25,011 nt of DNA from a virus (lineage: Duplodnaviria; Caudoviricetes): IMG/VR virus record IMGVR_UViG_3300031689_000051, positions 1 to 25,011 of that record, one strand, 5' to 3'. Shown one piece after another: positions 1-8,198 of the stretch (within the stretch, counting starts at the first letter, position 1; every line of letters begins with the position of its first letter). The translations under genes and the position numbers were made by a program. The notes beneath the pieces are model-generated. The model had not been told where the DNA came from and did no database searches. It saw nothing but the letters and a program-made list of their open reading frames with translations.

Positions 1-92
1 ATAGTTGCTGTTCCTTCTGTTTCTGACATTGTCCAATAGCTAGGAAGTTGCTTACCACTGAACCACTCTATGAAATGCTGTTTGTAAGCCAT
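1..92 (-). CDS. 5' part of a gene running off the window (MAYKQHFIEWFSGKQLPSYWTMSETEGTAT...), probably another virion/adhesin protein
   Basis: ATG at 92-90 overlaps the stop of the 92..1030 gene (TAATG); frame is open to position 1; absent from the ORF track. Confidence 0.75.
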   Translation of the reverse strand, partial: MAYKQHFIEWFSGKQLPSYWTMSETEGTAT

Positions 93-1030
93 TATGGAGT
101 CTCTCCTGAGAGTTGTTCATACCATGATGCTGATCTGTAGTTTGTTGCTTCTACTCCACCTTCTTCTTTAAAGTCAATATCATCTCTATGATACATCTTT
201 CTAGTATCAGTTTCTTCAAATCTACTTCCTACTTGTACGTTAGTTGGTTTAGATGTAAGTTCTGTAACTTCTTTCCCACTTCCTGTATTGTATAATGATG
301 TGATTTCTGCTGATGTTAATACTCTACTCCAAATAGACATTTCATCTAAAAGACCATAATGGTTTCCATCTCCACCACCATCATCTCCTATTCTCATTGT
401 TCTTTGTGCATTATTAGCAGTTCCAGCAGCTCCTTGACTAACTGTGGTTTCTAATACGCCATCAACATAACAATTATAATCATTACTCCCTAAAGTTAAA
501 TCTACTGTCATAGTTATCATGTGCCAATTAGTATCATTTGGAACTGCTGTACTTGTATCTGTAATTATACTAACTGCATTTGAAATGATAATATTTTGAT
601 AAAATGAACCATTGTAAAATGCTATTCTAGTTCCAGTTGCTCCAGCTCCACCTGCATTATTTGCTAATATTGTCCTAAATGAAGTGCTACCTGCTGTTTT
701 TTTATACCAAAAGTTAAAACTCCATATTGCAGTTGCACTATGCATAAAATCATAAAGTGATGAAGTTCCAACTTCTGCATAACTTGAACTTGTTGTTCCG
801 TTCCATGAAATTGCATTACCAACTTTTCCAGTTTGTGAATAAGTTAAGTTTGCTACTGTAGTTGAATCTGCGGCAGTTCCTAATGAATCAGTTGAACCCA
901 CAGTAGTAGCCTGATTGATAAGATTTCCACTTGCTTCATTCATTTTCCAATATGCTTTTAATCCTGTTAAATTAAATCCTGTTGCAGCTAACCCTTGAAT
1001 CCTTCTACCTGCGTGATATGTAATAGCCAT
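92..1030 (-). CDS. LamG/concanavalin A-like domain protein, putative fibre-attached adhesin
   Basis: LamG hallmarks GLKAYWKMNE, WSFNFWYK, DTNWHMITMT, YVDG, GLLDEMSIWSRVLTSAEITSLY; AGGTGG Shine-Dalgarno-like sequence upstream. Confidence 0.8.
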   Translation of the reverse strand: MAITYHAGRRIQGLAATGFNLTGLKAYWKMNEASGNLINQATTVGSTDSLGTAADSTTVANLTYSQTGKVGNAISWNGTTSSSYAEVGTSSLYDFMHSATAIWSFNFWYKKTAGSTSFRTILANNAGGAGATGTRIAFYNGSFYQNIIISNAVSIITDTSTAVPNDTNWHMITMTVDLTLGSNDYNCYVDGVLETTVSQGAAGTANNAQRTMRIGDDGGGDGNHYGLLDEMSIWSRVLTSAEITSLYNTGSGKEVTELTSKPTNVQVGSRFEETDTRKMYHRDDIDFKEEGGVEATNYRSASWYEQLSGETP

Positions 1031-1046
1031 CAGTCAATCATTCCAC

Positions 1047-1715
1047 CTATGCAATCTGCACTACCTGTGAAGCACCGTTTTTCCATAATGTGATATATAG
1101 ACCATCATTATTGGCATCTATTTTTCTTGTAAACATATATCCAGTTGCATTTTGTGTTGCAGCTGTTGGAGTATAACTAACTATTTGAACAGTAGAAGCA
1201 ATTTCTGGATCCATTCCACCACCTGCTGCATCTGCCCATGAAATAGCAGTTGCACCAGCATTTGTTGTTAAGACTTGATTTGCAGTTCCTCTTGCTAATC
1301 TAGCATTTGCTGAACCTGTATAAATGTAAACGTCACCTTCTGTTGTAAGTGGACTAGCATCTACAACTGCCCAAGTATTATCTCCTCTAAGGAATGTAGT
1401 TGCATCTTTAGTACCTGTTGCTGTAAGTCCTGTAGTTGCTGGTAATCCTGTAGCGTTAGTTAAAATACTTCCTGCGGCTGGTGTTCCTAATACAGGTGTT
1501 ACGAATGTAGGACTAGTTAATGGTGCTTTTAATGCTAGGTCTGTTGTAAGATTAGTGATATCTGATTGTGGTTGGGTATGTGATACTGCTAATAAATTTG
1601 CTATTGTAACTTTTTTTGTGATTGGTGTGACTGCTGGATCGTCTACTATTGGTATAATATCAGTAGATATAGGGCTAGTTAACTCTCCTAAATTCTCTAT
1701 TTTGGTATTAGCCAT
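1047..1715 (-). CDS. Short tail fibre-like protein
   Basis: N-terminus MANTKIENL...IVDDP...KKVT is shared with 4902..6491; fibre-shaft-like motifs [31 protein letters not shown]. Confidence 0.7.
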   Translation of the reverse strand: MANTKIENLGELTSPISTDIIPIVDDPAVTPITKKVTIANLLAVSHTQPQSDITNLTTDLALKAPLTSPTFVTPVLGTPAAGSILTNATGLPATTGLTATGTKDATTFLRGDNTWAVVDASPLTTEGDVYIYTGSANARLARGTANQVLTTNAGATAISWADAAGGGMDPEIASTVQIVSYTPTAATQNATGYMFTRKIDANNDGLYITLWKNGASQVVQIA

Positions 1716-1737
1716 TATATAAATTTAGCCCCTATTA

Positions 1738-1746
1738 GATATAAAG
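1738..1746 (-). promoter_or_regulatory. Archaeal TATA box for 1047..1715
   Basis: CTTTATATC ending 22 nt before the ATG at 1715. Confidence 0.75.
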
Positions 1747-1750
1747 ATTA

Positions 1751-1855
1751 TCATTTAAAAATACTACCACATTTCACACATACAGCATGTTTATCATATG
1801 TTTCTGATACATAAAACTTCCAGTTACAACATGGACATTGTTTATTATAATTCAT
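1751..1855 (-). CDS. 34-aa zinc-ribbon microprotein (MNYNKQCPCCNWKFYVSETYDKHAVCVKCGSIFK)
   Basis: Hand-translated; two CxxC pairs; start overlaps the halogenase 3' end and it fills the gap up to the next promoter. Confidence 0.7.
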   Translation of the reverse strand: MNYNKQCPCCNWKFYVSETYDKHAVCVKCGSIFK

Positions 1856-3395
1856 TATATATCTCCTTTTTTAGATACTCATATAAACTTGGTGAATCTT
1901 TTACCACATCATTCCAAGCCTTTTTACGGTCATCCATCTGTTTTATTGGTAGTAAAAATGAAGTATAATCAAATTCTTCTACCTTATTACCATATCTTAA
2001 AGTATTATCACTTAGAGGAAAATATCCATATCCTGCACTTATACAATTAATTCCCACTTCTTCATTATATCTGAAATCATATATTTTTGATTTAATATGT
2101 TCCCTAAATCCATGATGTTGTGTAGGTGATAAATCATAAATTCCCTCATCATAATTTCTATTGAGATTATCTTTCCAGTATGGAGTATCATCTCTTTCAC
2201 CTAAAGCATAGTGCATACTAACAAATTCTGCCCAGTTATGGAATGTATTTCTACAAGCATAATTATACACATCTCTATCCCACTGTGATATGTTATCTCT
2301 TTCAAACATTCTTGTTAGATATGATAAGAATTCATGAACTGTGTATAATCCATTACTTTCAAGTGGTTCAATGAACCCTGCTGATAATCCTATTGCTACA
2401 ACATTCTTTACAAAGAGTTTATGATGAATACCTATTTTCATTTTAATGTTAGTGAATTTACATTTAGTGATGTCAAACTTTTGTTTCTTTAGATGTTTCT
2501 TAAGTTCCACTAATGCCTTTTCATCTGTTGTATATTTGTCAGAATATACATATCCAGTACCTATTTTACTCCATAAAGGAATATTCCATACCCACCCATT
2601 TTTTAATGCAGTTGCATTTGTAACACCTTCAAGTTGTTTTTTCTTATCTGTATATTCAACATGTGTTGCCCATGCCTTATTGTTAGGTATAATATCATTA
2701 TATGATATGAACGGTTCTTTCATTGTTTGTTCAAGTAGTAGAGATTTAAATCCTGTACAATCTATGAATAAATCTCCTGTAATAACATCACCATTATCTA
2801 ATGTTAAAGAATCTATACCTTCATCATTAATTTTTATATCCTTTACATTTGATTTAATATGAGTAACTTTTGGTAGACAGATATTATCTCTTAACCATAA
2901 AGCAAACTTTGTTGCATCAAAATGAAATGCTGTATCCCTTTTAAAATCAAAATTACCTAACTCCTTACCTTTATACACTTTGTTATTATTTACCATAGAC
3001 ATTATTGGATAATATGAATCTGCATAATCTGTGTTTGGTGTTTTAGGTTCAATTAACTTTTTAAAATACCATAGATTTAACCTATTATCATCTATCGGTT
3101 CAGGTTGACTAAATGGATATTCTACTCTGCCTGAGTCCATTTTATTAAAATTTGTGAATCGTATTGTAAATTTATAGGAAGCATCACATTCTTTCATAAA
3201 ATCTTCATCTTTGATTTTAACTAAAGATAACCATTGTCTAAATTGAACTATTGTTGATTCACCTACACCAACTGTTTTTATATCTGGTGATTCAATTAAT
3301 GTGACTTTCTTTTTAGGAAATAGTCTAACAAATGTTGTGGCTGTCATCCATCCTGCTGTGCCTCCACCTACAATTACAATATTATTTACTCTCAA
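1845..3395 (-). CDS. Flavin-dependent halogenase, tryptophan halogenase (PrnA/RebH) family
   Basis: FAD-binding VGGGTAGW, GVGEST, Lys in DASYKFTI at the position expected for the catalytic Lys, FIDCTGF, WxWxIP motif GWVWNIP, FIEPLESNG; TTG start preceded by GAGGA. Confidence 0.93.
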   Translation of the reverse strand: MRVNNIVIVGGGTAGWMTATTFVRLFPKKKVTLIESPDIKTVGVGESTIVQFRQWLSLVKIKDEDFMKECDASYKFTIRFTNFNKMDSGRVEYPFSQPEPIDDNRLNLWYFKKLIEPKTPNTDYADSYYPIMSMVNNNKVYKGKELGNFDFKRDTAFHFDATKFALWLRDNICLPKVTHIKSNVKDIKINDEGIDSLTLDNGDVITGDLFIDCTGFKSLLLEQTMKEPFISYNDIIPNNKAWATHVEYTDKKKQLEGVTNATALKNGWVWNIPLWSKIGTGYVYSDKYTTDEKALVELKKHLKKQKFDITKCKFTNIKMKIGIHHKLFVKNVVAIGLSAGFIEPLESNGLYTVHEFLSYLTRMFERDNISQWDRDVYNYACRNTFHNWAEFVSMHYALGERDDTPYWKDNLNRNYDEGIYDLSPTQHHGFREHIKSKIYDFRYNEEVGINCISAGYGYFPLSDNTLRYGNKVEEFDYTSFLLPIKQMDDRKKAWNDVVKDSPSLYEYLKKEIYNEL

Positions 3396-3426
3396 TTTCC
3401 TCTACAGTTATATTGTAAATATGTTA

Positions 3427-3435
3427 TTAATAAAT
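3427..3435 (-). promoter_or_regulatory. Candidate TATA box for the halogenase cassette
   Basis: ATTTATTAA ending 31 nt before the TTG start; would give a ~10-nt leader containing GAGGA. Confidence 0.45.
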
Positions 3436-3436
3436 A

Positions 3437-4897
3437 CTACGTTACATGCCTAATTACTGCATATCCAGTACCACCACTTGAATTAGTACCACTCCAACTA
3501 CTTCCATTACCTGCTCCATGTCCTGTATTAGCACCACCAGCACCAACCGTACCAGTGTTTGACTGTGTTAGATGAGCTCCACCTTGACCACCTGTACTAT
3601 AAGTTCCTGAAACTGTTCCCCAACTTATACTTGTTCCTGAACCTCCATCTCCACTAGTGAAAAGATTATTATTAGCACCACCATCGAAGATTCCAGATGT
3701 ACCATTTGCTGAAGATCCTCCTCCTCCTCCTCCACCATGATGTCCAACTCCACTTCCTCCTGATCTTGATCCATGTGTTGCATATGCAGTTACACCTGAT
3801 TTTAAAACAGATCCACCAGATCCTCCTCCTCCACCAGCATCTGCTGATCCACCAGCTCCTCCTCCACCATGAGCTCCACTTTTTCCATTCCTAGTAGCAA
3901 TGGTTCTTCCACCGCCTCCGCCACCATACCCTGCAACATTACCGTCAAATGATGAATTTGTACCATTTGCTGAACCATTATCAGAACCAGCACCACCTGA
4001 ACCTACAACTACATTTAATGTACCAGTTGACGGTGTGAATGAATTTGTTATTAATATTCCTCCTGCTCCCCCTCCACCACTTGAATGTGCCCCATGTCCT
4101 CCGCCACCACCTACTAGGAATACTTGGACTTGATAACCAACCGAATTAACAGTTCCACCTGAAGTCGAAGTCCATTTATAATAATCATATCCACCTGATT
4201 GAGAGAATGTAGCACCTGTTGTTGCAATAGTAGAGGCAACAATAAGTATAGTTGCGGTTGTTGAATATGAACCAGATGCGAAAGTATTTACTGCTTTTAC
4301 ACGATAGTAGTGATTTACATCTTGTGTAACGTTTGAATCGGTATATGACGTACCTGTTCCACCTGATGTCTTTGTTGTAATTCCTGATGAAAATGAACTA
4401 GATAGGGAATGTTCCAAAGTATATGTCACGCTTGGTATTCCAGATGCGGTATTCCAAACAATTCCAACATTTGGTTTATTATCAGTTAGTGCCAATCCAG
4501 TAACCTGTGATGGTGTAGTTCCGAGAGTTCTTGCGTTTATAACTGATGATACATCTCCTGTACCTATAGAATTTATTGCAGAAACTCTATAATAATATAA
4601 AGTATAAACTGATAAACCTGAATCACCAAAACTTGTTGTACTATTACTTGATGCTACAGTAGTCCATGAACTTGAACCATTTGGACTTCTTTCTACAAGA
4701 TAACCACTCACTGCTGGTGTTGCATCTAATGCGTTCCAAGTAACTGTTAATTCAGTTGAAGACTCTGGTGTTACTCCTACACCTGTAACTTGATCTGGTT
4801 TACCCCCACCTGCGGCTCCAACAAATCCTATATTAAATATATCCATTGGTTTGGATAATTCTTTATTCTTTTTTATTATACTATCTCTATGCGACAT
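3437..4897 (-). CDS. Two fibronectin type III domains plus glycine-rich domain; putative distal adhesin (alternative start at 4846)
   Basis: FN3 patterns LTVTW..YLVERS..YYYRVSAINSIG and IVW..YTLEHS..YYRVKAVN; Gly-rich domain from FLVGGGGG to GGTGYAVIRH. Confidence 0.8.
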   Translation of the reverse strand: MSHRDSIIKKNKELSKPMDIFNIGFVGAAGGGKPDQVTGVGVTPESSTELTVTWNALDATPAVSGYLVERSPNGSSSWTTVASSNSTTSFGDSGLSVYTLYYYRVSAINSIGTGDVSSVINARTLGTTPSQVTGLALTDNKPNVGIVWNTASGIPSVTYTLEHSLSSSFSSGITTKTSGGTGTSYTDSNVTQDVNHYYRVKAVNTFASGSYSTTATILIVASTIATTGATFSQSGGYDYYKWTSTSGGTVNSVGYQVQVFLVGGGGGHGAHSSGGGGAGGILITNSFTPSTGTLNVVVGSGGAGSDNGSANGTNSSFDGNVAGYGGGGGGRTIATRNGKSGAHGGGGAGGSADAGGGGGSGGSVLKSGVTAYATHGSRSGGSGVGHHGGGGGGGSSANGTSGIFDGGANNNLFTSGDGGSGTSISWGTVSGTYSTGGQGGAHLTQSNTGTVGAGGANTGHGAGNGSSWSGTNSSGGTGYAVIRHVT

Positions 4898-4901
4898 AAG
4901 G

Positions 4902-6491
4902 TCATGCCTCTACTGCGTATGCGGCTACAATATCTGTATCTGCTGAACCAAAACAGGTTAATGTAAGTATTGCTGTTTTACTTGGAGCTATATCAGTAGG
5001 TTTTGCTCCAACAAATTTCCATGATGGGAATGCTAAAGTATATGTAGATGAACCAGATGAATTGTATAGTTTGTATGTTTTAGATTTACCTGCTGCTTTA
5101 TTAGATGGTGTAGCGAATGTGGAATGATTAGTTATTGTTAATGTTTGGAGTTGATCTTCTGCAAAATCAATAGTAAGAGATCCACTTGAAGTATCATGTA
5201 TTAAGTTTTGAATATTATCAATATTATTACCTGCTACATCTAATGAGGCTGTTGTGGTTGTTCCTGTAAAAGTATTTGCTCCAAGAGTTGCTTTTGAATT
5301 TAATATATCTGAATATGTTGATGTCATAACTCTATTTCCTGTACCTGATGAAGATATAGCACAGAACATATACAATTCTGGTGACCATACTATTTCGTAC
5401 CAAGTTACAGCGTTGGCAGTTGTTCTAGTTGTCCAGTTAATACCGTCAGGTGAAGTCATTATTCCAGTATCACTTAAAGCACAAAATAATGATATTTCAG
5501 GTGCCCATGTTACAGTTAACCAAGACTGAGTAGGAACTGTTCTAGATGTCCAAGTTGTTCCATCTGGGGATGTTATTACTCTATCACTTCCACTATTAGA
5601 TACCGCACAAAATAGAGTTAATGATGATGACCATGTAACACTTTGTAATGCTGAAGAAATTGGTGAAGTTCTATTTGTCCAATTTATTCCATCTGGTGAT
5701 GTCATTATTTTGGTGGAACTTTGACCTACAACACAAAATAATGTTAAATCTTCTGACCATGTTATATCACCCCAATAGTTTGAAGAACCACTAGTAGTTC
5801 TAGTAGTCCAGTTAGTTCCATCTGGTGAAGTCATAACTTGATTGTTAGTACCATCAGTAGATACCGCACAAAATAGAGTTAATGATGATGACCATGTAAT
5901 AGATTGCCACGAATTAGCTGTTGATGCACTTCTACTAGTCCAGTTAATACCGTCAGGTGAAGTCATAACTCTGTCAGTACCGTTTTCAGATACAGCACAG
6001 AACAATGTTAAATCTTCTGACCATGTTATAGCCTTCCAATTATTAGCTTGTGATGCATTTCTACTAGTCCAGTTAATACCATCTGGTGAAGTCATAACTC
6101 TTTGTGATCCATCCCAAGAAAGAGCACAAAATAATCCTAATGAATTAGCCCATGCTATACTTCTCCAACCATTATCTTGTGCAGATGTTCTTGTTGTCCA
6201 TGTTTTTGCATACAAGTCACCCTCTACAGAATTTTTCATTGAAGTTAGATCATCTGTAAGTGAAATTACACCTGCTTGTGGCAATCCTGTTATATTTGTT
6301 GCTACTCCACTTGCAGGAGTTCCCAATGCTGGTGTTACTAGGGTAGGTGAATTATTAAGAAAAGTTGCAATTTGAGTTACAGTTGCTTTTTTACTTGCAG
6401 GTGATACAGAAGGATCATCAACTATTGCTACTAAATCCTCACCTGCTACTGCGGCTATTGCTGATAAATCTGTAATTTTAGTGTCTGCCAT
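4902..6491 (-). CDS. Tail fibre/spike with Asp-box (BNR-like) beta-propeller
   Basis: About seven ~43-aa repeats WxxITWSxxLxLFCAVS...TSPDGxxWT; N-terminus shared with 1047..1715; C-terminus shared with 6729..8048. Confidence 0.8.
   Translation of the reverse strand: MADTKITDLSAIAAVAGEDLVAIVDDPSVSPASKKATVTQIATFLNNSPTLVTPALGTPASGVATNITGLPQAGVISLTDDLTSMKNSVEGDLYAKTWTTRTSAQDNGWRSIAWANSLGLFCALSWDGSQRVMTSPDGINWTSRNASQANNWKAITWSEDLTLFCAVSENGTDRVMTSPDGINWTSRSASTANSWQSITWSSSLTLFCAVSTDGTNNQVMTSPDGTNWTTRTTSGSSNYWGDITWSEDLTLFCVVGQSSTKIMTSPDGINWTNRTSPISSALQSVTWSSSLTLFCAVSNSGSDRVITSPDGTTWTSRTVPTQSWLTVTWAPEISLFCALSDTGIMTSPDGINWTTRTTANAVTWYEIVWSPELYMFCAISSSGTGNRVMTSTYSDILNSKATLGANTFTGTTTTASLDVAGNNIDNIQNLIHDTSSGSLTIDFAEDQLQTLTITNHSTFATPSNKAAGKSKTYKLYNSSGSSTYTLAFPSWKFVGAKPTDIAPSKTAILTLTCFGSADTDIVAAYAVEA
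5320..6200 (-). repeat. Intragenic tandem repeats encoding propeller blades
   Basis: Exact 42-nt direct repeat at 5597-5638 and 5858-5899; exact 27-nt repeat at 5740-5766 and 6004-6030; unit about 130 nt and in frame. Confidence 0.9.
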
Positions 6492-6512
6492 GATTAAATT
6501 AATTATCTCATC

Positions 6513-6521
6513 CTAATAAAG
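6513..6521 (-). promoter_or_regulatory. Archaeal TATA box for 4902..6491
   Basis: CTTTATTAG ending 21 nt before the ATG at 6491. Confidence 0.7.
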
Positions 6522-6522
6522 T

Positions 6523-6732
6523 TTAGGATAAGAGTAATTTACCTCCATCTGATTTGAGTAATATACCTTCTCCAGTTGTACTGTTTTCAGGAACAAATTT
6601 GGTTCCATCTTCTTGAAGATAGTCATCTGTTGTAGTTTCTAACTCATATAATTCATTAAAGAATGTTTGTAAAAGTGAATCTTGTGCTAGACTTGACATC
6701 CAACCAATATTGTATATATTTTGAATGGTCAT
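6523..6732 (-). CDS. 69-aa protein, putative fibre adaptor
   Basis: ATGA overlap with the upstream fibre gene; N-terminal NIYNIGW; C-terminal YLQEDGTKFVPE and LLKSDGGKLLLS. Function is inference. Confidence 0.7.
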   Translation of the reverse strand: MTIQNIYNIGWMSSLAQDSLLQTFFNELYELETTTDDYLQEDGTKFVPENSTTGEGILLKSDGGKLLLS

Positions 6733-8048
6733 TCTTGTACTCCGTATGAAGCAATCACTCCACTTTCTATACCAGTTCTACAGGTTAATGTTAATATTCC
6801 TATTTTACTGGCTGCTTGATCTGATGGTTTTGCTCCAATGAATATCCAACCTGCTGGGAATGTTAAAGTTCTTATTGTAGCATCAGTTGTAATTATTACT
6901 GTTTTACTCCTACCTATTGCTATATTTGATGATGCTGCAAATGTTGTATCAGCTGATATAGTTATCTCTTGTAATTCATCTCCTGCAAAGTCTAATGTTG
7001 TTGTTGCAGTTGAAAAATCATGAATTAGGTTTTGAACATTATCTACATTATTTCCACTTACATCTACTGCTTGATTAAATGTCCATGAATCGGTTGCATT
7101 TATCCAGTTAATGGTTTTATCTGTTGCACCTTTTAATGTGATACCACCACCATCTGCTGTTGTATCTGTTGGAGATGCAACTGATCCCATTTCAATATTT
7201 TTATCATCAACTGTTAATGTTGTAGAATTAATTGTTGTTGTAGTTCCGTTTACTGTTAAATCACCTGCTATTGTTAAATCGTTAATACCAGTAAGATCTT
7301 TACTTGCATCTACAATGAGTGCTTTTGATGCTGTTACTGTACCTGCTGTTGCACCTAGTAAAGTGGTATTTGCTGTTACAGCAGTATTATTTGCAACTTC
7401 TGTATCGAAATCAACAACTGTACTTGCTGCTTGAGTACCTGTATGACCTGCTCTTGCTAGTGGATCTGAGGCTAATTTTGAAAGTGCTATGTTTGCTGAT
7501 GAGTTAATATCTTCATTTAGTATTGTATCGTTTGCAATTTTTGTTGATGTGATTGATGAATCTGCTACTGCACCTCCACCGTATTCTACCCATTCTAATA
7601 CTGCACCGATAGTTCTAGCCATTAATATTGTTGGTACTGTTGCACTTAGGGCTTTATCTCCTGCTGTTAATGTGGTGATTTTACCTGCACCTGCACCACC
7701 GTTTTGATGTTTAAGGTTAACTATTCCTAATCCAGCAGCTTTTACAACGTATATTAAATCTCCTTCTGAGATAGAAGAAGCTGAATCACTAGCATAATTA
7801 GTTGATGGTAATGAAGTTGTTACTGCTGATAATGTGTAAATATCTCCTGTATTTGTTACTTCAACATATGAATCTGTAATATCAATGTCATTAGATGCTA
7901 TTGCTTGAGCACTTTTTGTTAATCCGAATATACCATCTGTCTTTGGATTCTCATTCCATTCATCAGAACCAACTGGAGAAGTCCCATCATCTGCGTGGGT
8001 TGTTGTGTTTACTAGTGTACTATTACGACCATAGCCCTTTCGTGCCAT
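6729..8048 (-). CDS. Tail fibre protein
   Basis: T/A/S-rich; fibre-type segments HTGTQAAST and GDLTVNGTTTTINSTTLTVDDKNIEMG..ADGGGITLKG; follows the baseplate genes. Confidence 0.8.
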   Translation of the reverse strand: MARKGYGRNSTLVNTTTHADDGTSPVGSDEWNENPKTDGIFGLTKSAQAIASNDIDITDSYVEVTNTGDIYTLSAVTTSLPSTNYASDSASSISEGDLIYVVKAAGLGIVNLKHQNGGAGAGKITTLTAGDKALSATVPTILMARTIGAVLEWVEYGGGAVADSSITSTKIANDTILNEDINSSANIALSKLASDPLARAGHTGTQAASTVVDFDTEVANNTAVTANTTLLGATAGTVTASKALIVDASKDLTGINDLTIAGDLTVNGTTTTINSTTLTVDDKNIEMGSVASPTDTTADGGGITLKGATDKTINWINATDSWTFNQAVDVSGNNVDNVQNLIHDFSTATTTLDFAGDELQEITISADTTFAASSNIAIGRSKTVIITTDATIRTLTFPAGWIFIGAKPSDQAASKIGILTLTCRTGIESGVIASYGVQE

Positions 8049-8051
8049 GTG

Positions 8052-8198
8052 TTACCGTCCAGTTACTGATTTGCCAGTAGAACTCTTTAGAATAAATGGA
8101 GTAGATTCTTCAAACAATATTTTGGTATCAAGACCAGTACTGCCTGTTTCTCTCAGATTAATTCTATCTAATAAGCGAAATAAATTTTTAATACTCAT
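8052..8198 (-). CDS. 48-aa hypothetical protein (MSIKNLFRLLDRINLRETGSTGLDTKILFEESTPFILKSSTGKSVTGR)
   Basis: Hand-translated; TAATG overlap with the 8198 stop; ends 3 nt before the next ATG and fills the gap. Confidence 0.75.
   Translation of the reverse strand: MSIKNLFRLLDRINLRETGSTGLDTKILFEESTPFILKSSTGKSVTGR

Noticed and set aside
5320-6200. Regularly spaced repeats resembling a CRISPR array
   Set aside because: The period is about 130 nt, the repeats are degenerate and in frame, and they encode propeller blades; no cas genes are present.
4902-7070. Duplicated fibre C-termini as a diversity-generating retroelement TR/VR pair or invertible cassette
   Set aside because: Both copies are coding, diverged with indels and not only at adenines, and in direct orientation; there is no reverse transcriptase or invertase in the window.
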